Shown: positions 1 to 12,893 of the stretch, in pieces
Numbering within the stretch: position 1 is the first letter of the stretch
Layout: each line of letters begins with the position of its first letter
Source of the DNA: Eledone cirrhosa
Taxonomy: Eukaryota
NCBI GenBank assembly: GCA_964016885.1
Contig: OZ024740.1
Location: 182,776,001 to 182,840,000, forward strand
DNA: 64,000 nt
Direction of reading: 5' to 3'
Program-made: the position numbers and the translations under genes
The notes under the pieces: generated by a model
What the model saw: the letters and a program-made list of their open reading frames with translations, nothing else
What the model was told of the DNA's origin: nothing
Database searches by the model: none

Positions 1-957
1 CCAGGGCAAGCGCCCTCTCTCAATTTTTCCATTTCTCAAACTACAAACGTATATTCAGAATGGTCCCGTTCACTCGGACCATTCTCGCTACATTCACCCA
101 CCTTTCAACAAACTTGCTAGAAGGCAGCACTTGCCTCTCCACCCTGATTTTCCTCTTCAAGTGAAACGTGAAAAAATTAATTAGGGATTCGCCGAAGAGG
201 AAGGTGTCTGTCTTTAACCCTTTCAACCTTGTCCACCACACCATCTCTTTCGCCATGGCCAACAGGCAGATGAAAACTGCACAATGGCCTCAGTCGATAA
301 CCGGATCAGTCCTACACGCGACAGCAACTGTTCGACATAGCTCCACAAGTCAGCAATTCTCGGGCATTGAACAAGTGCATGCACGACGGTTTCGTCACTC
401 TGTGCGTATCTCAGAGAGGCTTGGCTGACGACACTTCCGTGCCTGTAGAGCTTATCTCGAACTGGCAAGGCTCCTCGGTAGCACTGCCAGGCCAGGGATT
501 TTTGGAACTTATCCATAGGCCCTGGGCTGAAAGTTCTCCGGAACAGAGCAAACAGCTGATCTTCTTTGACGCCCAGGATCTCTCCGAGAACGTCGTCGCT
601 CTTGCCCTCCACTAATCCTCTATAGAACGCCGAGGTGGATGTTCCACCAATACTGGGGCCCAGCTGGCAGAGGGCAGTGAGCGCCTGGAGACATTCCAGT
701 TTCCAAGCTCTATCCATCAGTCTTTTCCTGACCCAGGACTGCAGCTCCGACAAGGAGACCAGCTGTGGGAAAACGTGCCTGGCGAACGGCAACAACACCT
801 GATCACCGTCAAGGAAGCACCAGAGGTGTCGCAGCCTCAGCGCATGTTTGCGCATCATCAGCCATGGCATGCCCAATCCTCCATGCAATGGGTGTTGACA
901 GCAGATAGATCATCTGACCATGGGAGCCCGTCCCTTCCACAAAAAGTGGAAGAGGAG
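1..957 (-). mobile_element. Tx1/L1-clade LINE, 5'-truncated ORF2 C-terminal fragment (same family as 36448-40344)
   Basis: ORFs 223-888 and 41-262 carry GGLGMP, RGALPVRDKL and ETVVHALVQCP (zf-RVT-like). The DNA is collinear with 36696-37683 and similarity stops at 957. Confidence 0.9.
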
Positions 958-1386
958 TAAAAAAGCAAAGCAGGTAAAAGTAACTGCAAAGAAAGAACTG
1001 CTACAGAAACTGGCTAAGAAATGGCAAGAAAAGCCTCTGTATGGAAAATACCCAGAAAGAGCTAACAATCCTGATGTTGACAAAACTTTAACCCATCAAT
1101 GGTTGGAATCCTCTGGACTGAAATCAGAGACTAAAGGACTGATTATATCAGCGCAAGATCAGTGTCTGCCAACAAAGAATTATCAACCCAACATCATAAA
1201 AATTGGATGCAACCCATTATGCCATGTATGTAAAAAAAAAAAACCAAAGACCATTGATCATATAATTTTAAAGTGCAGACTTAAGCTCCAACCGAATACC
1301 TAAACAGGCACGACAGAGCTGCACAATACATACATTGAGTAATGTGTAAGCATTTTGACCTGCCCCATCAAAAGAATTAGTGGGAG
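958..1386 (+). mobile_element. R4/Dong-type (RLE) LINE remnant, 5' part; continues at 2668
   Basis: Translation KWQEKPLYGKY..WLESSGLKSETKGLIISAQDQCL..CHVC..TIDHII..YLNRHDRAAQYIH is typical of the R4/Dong C-terminal CCHC region. Confidence 0.85.
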
Positions 1387-2631
1387 AAGAAATTCAAAAC
1401 ATGGAAACATGGCTTAAAATCAACAGGCCTTAAAGTTAACATGTCTAAGACTAAAGTTCTAGTTTATAGAAAGGAAAATGGGCACAGGTGCCCTCAGGGA
1501 AATAACCATGCTCAGTGTGTAGGAAAGGAGTAGGCAGAAATTCCATTTTATGTCCCAAATGCAAAGTATGGGTACATAAAAGATGTAGTGGGATCACAGA
1601 TAAACTATCTAAGAACGTAGACTTTATATGTGGCCAATGCTCAGGTGCAATAAATAGCAAGTGTCCAAAGGATACTAGCTCCTTCTATTGCCCAGATGGT
1701 TCTATAGAAATAGTGGACAATTTCCGTTACCTGGGTGATGAAATCAGCAGTGGTGGAGGGTGTTCTGAAAGTACAGTAGCCAGAGTCAGAATGGGATGTA
1801 AAAAGTTCAGAGAGCTTATACCGCTGTTGGCCACAAAAGGTTTCTCTCTAGAAATGAAAGGCAGATTGTATGATGCCTGTATATGAACAGCAGTGAGACA
1901 TGGGCATTATGTGCAGAGGACCTGCGTAGACTGGAAAGGAACGAAGCATGAATGCTCCGTTGGATGTGTAATAGTAATATGTGAACAACAAAGCATAAAT
2001 GAACTAAGTGAGAAATTAGGAATAAGAGGGATCAGATGCTGTTTACTTGAGAGAAGACTACGTTGGTATGGCCACGTGATGTGCATGAAAGATGACAGCT
2101 GCATGAAAATGTGCAGGGCGATCAAAATTGATATTAGTTACGGCGTAGGTAGACCCAGAAAAACCTGGGATGATCTGATAAATTCCGGCCTTACACACTT
2201 ACATCTCTCTAAGCCAATGTCTCTGGACCGAGATCTTTGGCGCTACGCAGTAATTCAGAAGACCCGCCTTGCCTATGTACAAAGCGAAAACTACAGTCAG
2301 TAGGCACCTCTTAACCAAATATACACCCCAATCCACTACCTCTAGCCTATCCTCCCACTCCCACCAACAGCACGAGATAATGAGATCGAGATCGTGTAGT
2401 GTCACGACAAAAAACACACAGTCCACGCTGTAATGTGGCCATGTAGGTAACACGGTAAAAAGTTCCCAGTTTCACACTGTAAATGTGGTTGGTGTTAGGA
2501 AGGGCATCCAGCCATAGAAAACCTGCCAGATAGTCCTATATGAGCGAGACACGGTCACCCGACCAACCTTGCCTCAAGTGGGACAACTCCCGTCTAACCC
2601 ATGCTAGCGTGAAAAATCGACGTTAATCGAA

Positions 2632-2667
<36 letters not shown>
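1384..2667 (+). mobile_element. RTE-clade LINE (PHD-bearing family), 5'-truncated, (GAT)n tail, nested in the R4/Dong copy
   Basis: GLKVNMSKTKV, FRYLG, RRLRWYGHV and GRPRKTW motifs; the 3' UTR is shared with the 49075-50837 copy; (gat)n tail at 2632-2667. Confidence 0.92.
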
Positions 2668-3120
2668 CAACCACCTCCCGTACTTGAAAAAGATCACATC
2701 TCAATCTGATGGAACTTTAGCATCCAAATAGACTGAAAAATAGATGCAAATTGACCTGATATAAAGTATAAAGACCTGGAGATAGAAATTGGAAAAATGT
2801 GGAAATTGAGAACTAAAACAACCAGTGGTTGTAGGCATTCTAGGAATGATACCTAAGAGGTCTAATGATTACCTATCCCATATCCCAGGAAACCCACGAA
2901 TAGAAAAAATTCAAAGGATAGTACTAATGGAACTACCTATATACTAAGGAAGATTCTGTCAATATAATACATCACAAGTCTAAACACCTAAAGATGCATG
3001 TGTTTATATGTGTTCTTTCTTGAACATGGCGGACCTTGTTGTCTCTTGAGGTCACTGGTTGTGACTTGATCATAACACGTATGAACATAAAGTAAGATAA
3101 ATGAAATAATAATAATAATA
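2668..3120 (+). mobile_element. R4/Dong-type LINE remnant, RLE endonuclease and 3' end with (AAT)n tail
   Basis: QPPPVLEKDHISI*WNFSIQ..PDI..KYKDLEIEIGKMWKL..VVVGILGMIP resumes the reading interrupted at 1386. Confidence 0.85.
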
Positions 3121-3152
<32 letters not shown>

Positions 3153-3592
3153 AATGAACAATATTTAAAGAACAACTATTTAATCTATTTTGGATTTAGT
3201 CTTTACACAAAACATCATATTATGAAGAAGATTATTGGTTTTGGTATGAAGTATCAGAGGACAGAATCTTTTACTATTTTTTTTTTCCACAAGTCAAAAT
3301 GTGTTTTTTTTCAAAATACCTATATACATTAATGTACACTGCTTCTCTGTTTTTAACACTAAAGGCTTCCAGACCACCAGTTTATACTTCACAAATGTTT
3401 GCATAAGTTATTGGAATAGCTAATGCATTGAGAGAAGAGAGATAGTTAGAAAGTAAGAAAAACTAATCGATAGCCAAGTCCTTAGAATAACTTTCTTTTC
3501 TTCTCCTATTCTTTGACTCACACCTACTAAATTGTATAATATCTGGTTGTGTGTGCATGTGCTTGTTATGTAGTTGTTTTAACACCTTCTAG

Positions 3593-3693
3593 ATCTATGT
3601 CTTCTGCACCATTCAACAACTACAACAACAGACAAGCAAGTTGGTAAAGCTTGCTAATGCAGCAATTATGAAGAATAACACATTATTTCAAAG
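3593..3693 (+). other. Candidate internal host exon (101 nt), unassigned
   Basis: Preceded by ttttaacaccttctAG and followed by AAG|GTGAGT. One frame is open (IYVFCTIQQLQQQTSKLVKLANAAIMKNNTLFQ). No homology recognised. Confidence 0.25.
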
Positions 3694-5384
3694 GTGAGTG
3701 CTTGTAGGAATGTCATATGCTCTAAAACATCTGCTTGTGTACAATAAACTAATACGAGCAGCACTGGTATAAATTATGCCAGTCATTTACACAATAGTAG
3801 CAGCAGTAGTAGTAGTTGTTGCTACTTCTATTCTATGTTAATAAATAACAAAGCCAGATCCTATTCAAAAATCTGCTGCAAATAGATTGACTGAGTGTTA
3901 CAAAATCCATTAAAAAGCATTGTGAGACATAGATTTATAAGTTTCATTTTCAATATTGATTTGTACATTGAATCCTATAGACTTCTCTTCTAGTGTTATG
4001 TGTATGATATTCTATTCAGTGTATGTAGTTTATAATTAGAATTAGCTGATATGTTGATATATCCTCAAAGTGATAATGTGTAAAGATGAAGGAAATTGAA
4101 AAACAAGGTTTGTGCTGTATTTTTTGTTCTTCAACCTTATAGTTATTTCCCCCTTGGGGTTAAAATTTAGACCTGTTGTTCCATGCAGCAAGTTTATATT
4201 TTTAAGCAAACACATTATCTTCTGAAAAATTGTGATCATGCTGTAGGAATATGAATACATCTACTTATATACATGAATGCATGCACCTACACATGCACCC
4301 ACACATGCACCCACACACATATGAAAACACTAAATAGGGCAAACTTTATTCTTGACTTGCAATTATCTGATGATTCAGCACTTGTATCAAGACCTTTTGA
4401 AGATACTCACTTGCTAAAAGATTTTTGCATGTTGTTAAAGCCTTTGATCTCGCCATAGACTTAACTCTTAACATCCTATAATGATTTAGTAGAAAATGTC
4501 TAAAACAGGGTCTGATAAATCAAATGTTTTAGTGTTAATCCTAGGAACAGACTGTTGTGAACATTTGCAATATTAGAGTAAAAACTTCAGTTGTTAATGT
4601 AATGCAGTCATAGTGCTGCTTTCTACTTTGCAAGAATGTCTTGCTAATGTAGTTTTGTACCGTACAGGGCATTAAGGGATAAAAATGACAGAAGCAATTC
4701 ACCAGCCTAAGCCAACCACAAAACAAAGAAAAGGAGTAAAATGTATTCCATCCTGCCCATATTTTTCCAACGATTCACATAAAAGTGGATAGTCATGCTT
4801 TGAATATGTGCAACCAGATTATTGATCATAAAGTTGTAGTACCCACTATATCAGTAGTCAATCCATCAGTCTCCATGTTTATAAACAAATTGCCTAACAA
4901 CTTCCTAGCCAAACGGAGGGGTTATTTCATATCATTTATGACTTGCATATTCACAGAAGTTACATCTATGTGTGTGTTTGCAGGAATTGTTCTGATTTAT
5001 GTGAATCAAAGCCAGAAAACAAAGATTTACAGGCACAAAAAGAAAAAGGAGAGGATTCATTCCAGGAACCCAGTGTATTTATCTTTTGATCACTTTCTGG
5101 AATCTGGTGATCAAAGGGTTAAAACAGATAATGTAGAGCCTATGTTAAGACTGTAAATAATTTATTTCCAATCAACAATGAAACTTAATTCTTTAAAGAA
5201 CCTCAGCTACTTACCTGTTTACTCTGTATTCTGATTCTCAATACTGATCTCAGTCATTGCATAGCACTTTAAAAGAGACATGGATTTAGAATAACTCAGA
5301 ATAATAGCAAAACAAAGAAAGCTTGATAGAAATCAACCGATCTTATTGCCAGAAATGTAACATGTATATATATATAACATCATT

Positions 5385-5780
5385 ATCATCATCATCATTT
5401 TACATCCACTTTCCTTGTTTGCAAGAGTGGGATGGGTCCTCTTCAGCACAGCATCCCTCCTCCATTCATCACACCTTCATCATCTCCTCTGTGAGCTTCA
5501 GCGATCTGAGGTCAGCTTTCATCATATCTGCCCATGTCTTTTGTGGTCTTCCTTCCACTTGGATTTGTTAGCACTTCTTCACACAGCAGTCATTTTCCAT
5601 ATGCATCACATGGCCATACCGATGCAATCTTCTCTCTTGCACACTAGAGTTTATTCCCCTTATACACAGTTTCAATCTCAACTTGTCCACACTTGGTCGT
5701 TCACGTGCATTGACATTGCACATCCATTGGAACATGCTTGCTTCATTTCTCTCCAGCCTTCGCATAACTGACACATCTGA
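5385..5780 (-). mobile_element. RTE-clade LINE 3' fragment
   Basis: ORF 5568-5783 reads RRLERNEASMFQWMCN..ERRLHRYGHV; (tca)n tail at the left end. Confidence 0.85.
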
Positions 5781-7667
5781 CAAATATATATATATATATA
5801 TATATCATCATCATCATCATCCCCATTTTACATCCATTCTTCCACTCTAGCATGGGTTAGATGTGTTGTCCTGTTATATATATGTATGCCTATACGGAAG
5901 GTACTTTTGGTGACAAACCGTGATAATTGAGTCTAATAAAAAATATAAGTAATCAACTTCAAATATACTATACAGTAACTTCTATGTTATCCAGAGTAAA
6001 TGATACTTAGTAAAACATAAAATTCGGTCAAACTATGTAGTTATATTTAATTGTATCAAATTCACATGAGAGATCTATTATTTTCAATGCTGCACCCTCA
6101 GTTATTTAATTAACTGAATATTATGTTGATTAAATTAATGTGTAAGTGGCTGAGTATTCCATAGAAATGTGTTCCTTAACATGATTCTAAAGTAGAATCA
6201 GCATGAGGCAATATGACAAAACTAAACATTTTGGTAATAAAATACATGCAGAAAACTTCCACAAAATGTCCATCTACTAAACTTCACTCACAAGATTGGG
6301 TAAATGCAAGACTATGGTAAAAAGCAAATGCCTAGGTGGCATGCAATAAAATCCCAAAGCCTCGTGATTCCAAAGCAAAATTCTTCCTAACCACCGATCC
6401 ATATGTGTTACCACACAAAATTTACATGTACTATTTATCATTTTAATGCCTGACTTTCAATTGACAGAGAATGAGAAATTTTACAATGTAGCATATCTCC
6501 ATTTATTGCAATCCTTTTATATGTTGGTATTTTGTCAGAAAGAACTTGCACCCTTTTATTTGATCTCATAAATACATTTCAAGTTTTTTTCTGATTCTTC
6601 ACCAACAGTATACAGAATCTTTTCATCCAGCACTCATTGTCCATTTGCTTCACAGGTTACTACCAATGCAAGTATCTCTCTTACACACTTTCATCTATGA
6701 CATTGTTTTTCAGCCTTCAATCATCTCATATATGCATTTATTCACATAAGCTAACAATTAACATTCATTGAAAGATATTTTGTTCCTTTTTCTCCAATTT
6801 CTACATCTTCCACATTCATTGCTCATATCTTATATAGCATTACATTTTTTTCAAATACTTCATTGCCTGCTTGTTTGTATGGATAAAATAAATCTTCATT
6901 GCAAACATAGGTTATATCTCTTTAAACTATTTCAGCACTCAAATTTCTTAAAACGGTCAGCTAACATGACAACATTCACATGATCATTATGATTTCCTAA
7001 AAGTCGAAACCATGTCTATACAAAATTACACTGTACAGTCATAAAAGGGGAATGACATGGTGGATAATGTTCTGGAAACATACGGCTTAAAAAAAGACAG
7101 ACTCAGATAATAATCACATTTTTGAATGTCCTTCAAATTGGTCTTCTCAATGAGAGCTGGCCTGGGGGTCAAGAATGCATCATCTCCCATTTTCATTATC
7201 CTACATCCAAACATGACCAATCAACTCAGATATGCATATCTCTGGTCATGAAATGTCAGGCAATTAGCAATGCACCATCAAAAGGAATACGTTTTTCGAA
7301 TTTGCTTGTGCCATATCTGAATACACTGCCTGATTTAACACTACCACCTTACCTTGTTTACAGGAATAGATGGCAGGTCTCTAGTTATCTACTTTCAGGT
7401 CAAATACCTCACCCCCATAAGTTATCTATCTTCATCATTCATGCTTAAATTAGCAGCAAAATCTGCTTTGATAATTCTATAAAGTTTTTTTTATCATTGA
7501 AGAGTTATCATTCCATATTTTACACCTCAGATCTTGACCCCATCAAACATGAGATGCTCCTTTTGATTGAGATTTGATATTAAATTAAAACAAGAAAAAT
7601 AAAATCATGTAATGTTTTTTTTAAAACATTCTGGAAAACAGAATCACATTGTATTTGGATTCACAGA

Positions 7668-7731
7668 ATTGTTAGCATGGCATGGACCCATAACTCCTCA
7701 ATGAGTTATGGGTCCATGCCATGCTAACAAT
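7668..7731. repeat. Perfect inverted repeat, 29-bp arms with 6-nt loop
   Basis: attgttagcatggcatggacccataactc-ctcaat-gagttatgggtccatgccatgctaacaat. Confidence 0.95.
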
Positions 7732-8351
7732 AGGACATTGTTTTTAAACCATGTGGCACCCATCTCCTCTCCAGGTCTGAATACAACATATTTCTTCCAG
7801 AGAAAGATAGAGGATAGAGAGCGAGGGAAAGGAAATAAGAAAGAGATATAGAGGAAGAATAAAATCCAGTACTAGACTGGTAATTTTGTTATCAACCTCA
7901 TTAGAATGTTAAGGTTAACTTTGCCTTTCATCCTCTTTGGGTTGATCACATAAGGTACCAGCTAAGTTGTGGGATTTATTTACTCCTCCCAATTGTGTTT
8001 AAATTTGAAATATGTGAATTGGAAAATTCATTAGTTTTGAAAAAATGCCTCTATGTTCTAAATTCAACTCCTACAACGACGGTCAATTTTGCCTTTTATT
8101 ATTTCAGGTTCAATAAAATAAAGAACAAGTCAAATACTGGATTTAACCTAATCGACTCTGTTCTTCTGCCTAAAGTTCAGGCCTTGAGCCTATAAGAGAA
8201 ATAGAAATTACACTTAAGTATTTATATTGCTGTTTTGAGAAAAACAAACATCAAAATTCGTAAATAGAATTACATTGAATGAGTCTTAATATAATCTGTC
8301 TTCACTAAAAGAAGCAATAATATATAAAAATAAAATATATAGAATTAAATC

Positions 8352-8420
<69 letters not shown>
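8352..8420. repeat. (TA)n microsatellite
   Basis: Seen directly. Confidence 0.95.
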
Positions 8421-8426
<6 letters not shown>

Positions 8427-9099
8427 GAATTTGATTTTACTCTTAAACATAATTATTTTCTTTTTTGTTTCATAAAGAAATAAATGTTTCTGATACTGTT
8501 TTCATTTTACAAATTCATTTTCTTATTTTCTATTTAGATATCTCATTATCTTTCAGATATAAATATACTAAATTAAACAATCTATGAAGGAGCTTCTATA
8601 TTATAACTTGAATTACTTGGGATAGCAGACAAATCTCTCTCAAATCCCACCATCACCAATATCATAATCAAAGTCATATTATGTCCATATTTCTGTGCTT
8701 CTGTTGGTTGTCTGATACATTTTTAGGCAGATTTCTGGTGACAAAATGCTTTCCTCATGAACATTCATACTTTATTTTAAGTATGGTATATAACTCTGAC
8801 ATTCGTTGAACTAGTACACTGTTTGCAGGACATGCTGTTTACAAATGGCATGAACCAAGATTAATGCTTACTTTAAGAAATGTTGATATGAAGACATGTC
8901 GACTGACATACTAGCCAATACTCACACAACAGACTTCTTCATTGTTATCATCTTAAACAAAAACAAGGAAGGTCATATTGGATTATGTAGTCTACGAAAG
9001 AAATTCTACATGGTAATTTACCACCAATATAACACATCATCAAAAAGCAAAGAACTAGATTTGCTAGACATTGGTGGAGAGCAAAATATGAGATGATCA

Positions 9100-9290
9100 G
9101 TCACATTCTTCTTTAGGAACCAAAGCATGGGTAAACAAATGTTGGTAGACCACATCAAACCCATATAAAGCAAGTTTACTAGGATTCTGAGTGCACCCGA
9201 GAAGACCTACTACAAAGAATGGCTGATCAAGCAGACTGGAGAGAATGAGTCATGGCAATCTGTGCAATAAGCATGTCTGGATGATGAGGA
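9100..9290 (+). mobile_element. Old RTE/RTEX-like LINE 3' fragment
   Basis: Degenerate EPKHG..VGRP..YI-type C-terminal motif followed by a gatgatga-like tail. Confidence 0.5.
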
Positions 9291-9439
9291 ATCTGAGATA
9301 AATTATGCCTGGAAAGACGTAATGATCATGGCTATAATGCCTTTGATCATAAGTCTAGTCAATCAAAGCTAACATAGAGTTAAATAACTTCCTAAAACAG
9401 GCTAATTACATATAATGGCATCTGAGATTTTCATAAGAT

Positions 9440-9935
9440 ATTCTGGTCACAGAATCTACATGCCAAAGCTCCTCTATACCCTTCACAGTGCTCCGTGCTA
9501 CAGCCATGCATCTCTCCTCGCTGACCTCGACACTTGTATCCGAGTGGCAGCTGAAGTGATATGTAACGTCAGGTTTGACAACCTTGGATGGCAACAGGCC
9601 ACCTTACCTGTTAGATATGGTGGTCTTGGCCTCTTCTCCCTGATCTCACTGGCTTTGCTGGCGTTTCTTTCATCGGTAACCTCATGCTGTGTCCTCATCA
9701 GCAGGGTTCTCCAAAATGCAATGGAACCCTCTGTGATCATGGAATGTGAGGCCGCCTGCGAGACACGGAACTGGCTGGGACATGAACCTCCTGCTGACGT
9801 CAAGTCCCCTCAAAGCATTTGGGATCCAGTGCAGCCTGGCCTCAGACAGGCTCATGTGCCAGCTCGACCAGCACCGCCTTGCCTCTTTTCACGCAGCCTT
9901 CAAAACCCACAGTGGTACCTGGATCCATGTCTGGT
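9440..9935 (+). mobile_element. CRE-clade non-LTR retrotransposon fragment (RT thumb/linker)
   Basis: MPKLLYTL..WQQATLPVRYGGLGL..LALLAFLSS, then after a frameshift RLASF..HSGTWI; these motifs resemble CRE/SLACS-like elements. Confidence 0.75.
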
Positions 9936-11319
9936 TTTGTGATTAATAAAAATAATTTATTTTTTCCTGTGCAATGGATGAATTATATCAAAATTACAAA
10001 ACTGTCTTATTGCAGTTCAAACATGGGTTTAATTTGGAAGCAGGTAGAAGTAAAGTTTAATTCTTATCTAATCAATGTCCCCCTGCAAACATATTCACGT
10101 TTTCCTTTTAACTGACATTATCTGTTGGTCTGTTTTTCTCTCTCTCCCTAATTTATTCAATACAGTTTGAAATCTGCATCTCTCCAACAAAAGTGTTTTG
10201 CCTCAATGTCATGTGAAATGACACATCTGCTGGAGTAAATTACGGTCATACCAATACCACCTACCTATGCACCTTATATTATTGCTAACACACACACTCC
10301 ATCACTCATACACACAAACTCTCTCGCTCTCTCTCTCCCTCCCTCTCTCTAAAAGCAGATTCCGTTCCAAATGACAAAATAAAATAAATATGTAAATATA
10401 TTTTGCCTTGACTTTATTACACACATAACAGTGTTTATGAAAGACAACTTAATAATTAGATTTTATGATTCTACATTATTTTTATTTTACATGATGAAGC
10501 CTAATTAAAGTTAAAAGAAAGCCTGGGGGAAATTAACAGACATAGACTAGGACATAAATGAGTATTTAGTGTTGTCAACTCCATCATCATTTTATATCCA
10601 TTTTCTAAGCTGACATGAATTGGACAGGTTGTCACAAAGTGAATCAGTTCCTATTCAGAGTTACTGCTCATTTAGTCAGGTTGAAAGGCTACATTTTGCA
10701 TGTACATTCCATTAGGTTTTATGGCTATTTACCCTTCCAATTTTAAATAGTTTACAGAATGCACCAGGTGCATTTTATCATAGTACCAGAACCAAACAAA
10801 ATGACATATACTTAACTAGACTAAAGGGTCATCTAAACTCAAAATTGTCTCCATTCACTCACCAACCACTTTACAGAGTGTACTAAGAATAATTTATTAG
10901 GACACCAATAATAAAGAGGTGGAGGTGGTGTTAGTAGTAGTGGTGGTGGTGGTAGTAGTAGTATATTGGTCAATAATGTTTCTAGTGAGGAAGGAACATC
11001 CAACATGACAAAGAGAGGTTGTGACAGCACTAATAATGATTTCTCTGTTAGAGACTAGACCACACATTTTGAATGGGTGGTGGTGTTACAATTGTTTCTA
11101 CCAACACACACAATACTTTTATTAGTACTTATTTTATCAACCTTCAAAATCTGAAATGAAAAATTTCCTATGGTGGGATTTGAAATCAAAATGTAAATGA
11201 ACATGTCACCATACCTATCACGTGTCATTTTATTTGATATCCAGGCATCAAAATAATTATCCCTAATATAGGCACAAGGTTACAAATTTGAGATGGGGAG
11301 AATGGTCAAGGTGTTGGAC

Positions 11320-11555
11320 TTATGATCATAATGTCATGGGTTCAATCATTGGATTAGGTTCTTGAGCAAAACACCTTCATGTAATGTTACTCCAGTATGC
11401 TCAGCTGAAAATGAATACCAGCAACAGTTGGGAGGGTTTAGCCCTCAATAGCCAGCATCCTCTCCAGGGTGGAGACTTGTTCTCTCAGTCATTTAACACC
11501 ACAGAAAACGGGAAATGGCACTGGCCTGATAGCCTCCAGGCTTGAGACAGACTTT
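11320..11555 (+). mobile_element. Degenerate tRNA-derived SINE with CORE-like domain
   Basis: gggttcaatc B-box and cttgagcaaaacac..ctcagctgaaaatga, similar to the 18318 copy. Confidence 0.65.
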
Positions 11556-12430
11556 AGAATTTTTTAGAGTTATATTGACCTCAGTACTTGAATGATACTT
11601 TATTTTAATGAGTTCGAAGGATGAAAAGCAAAGTTGTCCTTGGCAGGATTTGAACACAGATCACAAACAACCAGAAGAAATATTAGAAGAAATATCACAA
11701 GAAATGTTGTCCAATGAGAATAGTGAAAGACTATGTATTAAAACGTAAACAAAACCTAAAACTGACATCAATCATTTACAGAATAATACAATATGACAAT
11801 AATTACAATAGTAACAAATAAGTATGGGTTATGAATATATAAATATACTGTCATATCTATGTAAATTTAGTCCTACTGTGAAATTAGGCTCCACAGGAGT
11901 CTTTTTAGCAGTTTTTCAGTCTGTTGTGCATTAGTTTTAATATAATCAATTCTGCTATGAATATGCTATTTTTGTGTTTATAAACTGGTATGTCAATGGT
12001 AATTTTGTCAAAGAAAATACCACCAGTATCTCATTAGTTATTCAAATAATTTTGCTACCTCAATTTCCCCCAAAGCCTTCAACTTCATCTCATACAAATT
12101 TTCAGTCTGTTCTTTCAGATTCATTTCCTTAATTATGTTGCATGTGAACTCCTTAATTAGTTTCTATAGATATCTTAATCCTGGTAACATCATTGTTGTT
12201 GTTATCATCTTCATCAGCTTTACATTCATTTTCCTAGTAGAAATGACAAAACTTTTAATTTCTTCTCAGCGAAAAGATTTTAGATTCTAATTAATCTGTT
12301 TCACATTGCATTAAAACAGCCCACCCAAGAGATTGGTATCAAGTCATTTGCAAACACATTCCAACCCCTGTCCCACAGGCATGCTGTCTCCTCTATCTGC
12401 TTTTTATATAATTGGACTCTGTTTTTTCCA

Positions 12431-12893
12431 TTCTTCTTCTAATTCTTCTTCTTCTTCTTTGACCACTTATTCCTGAGAGGGTCATGAGGGCAGAGTCCTG
12501 AAACAAAATCTTCCAGATGGTCCAGTCAGAAGCAACTATTTCCAACTGATCTGTCTAGATCCCCAAGTGAGACCAGCCAAGCTTATGGATGTTATACAAC
12601 TATCTTTCTCAGGTCTATCGATGGGTCTTCTGCCGGTTTTTTGCCCATAAAATGTGTCTATCACTTCTTTACTGAGACATTCTAACCACATGTCGATAGC
12701 ATTGGAACTGTGATCTCTCAAATCAGAGAACTAGTGGCTCTACCTGGAGTGACTTTCGGATCTCAAAGCTATGCACACTATTGAGTACTGTTACTCCAAA
12801 GCCCTTCAGAGGAACTCCATTTCAGCCACTTTTATGCGTGATTGTATTCTTTTGGTCATTACCCAAGATTCATGACCATAGGTAAGGGTTGGC
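12431..12893 (-). mobile_element. RTE-clade LINE (family without PHD), 3' segment with (GAA)n tail
   Basis: The reverse strand reads PTLTYGHESWV and is homologous to 60945-61400; (ttc)n at the left end. Confidence 0.85.

Noticed and set aside
4550-5150. piggyBac-like transposase remnant or ORF 4785-5156
   Set aside because: Too degraded; no diagnostic motif can be supported.
5205-5270. Minus-strand micro-exon with a CAG|GTAAGT donor
   Set aside because: Stops in all three frames and no other support.
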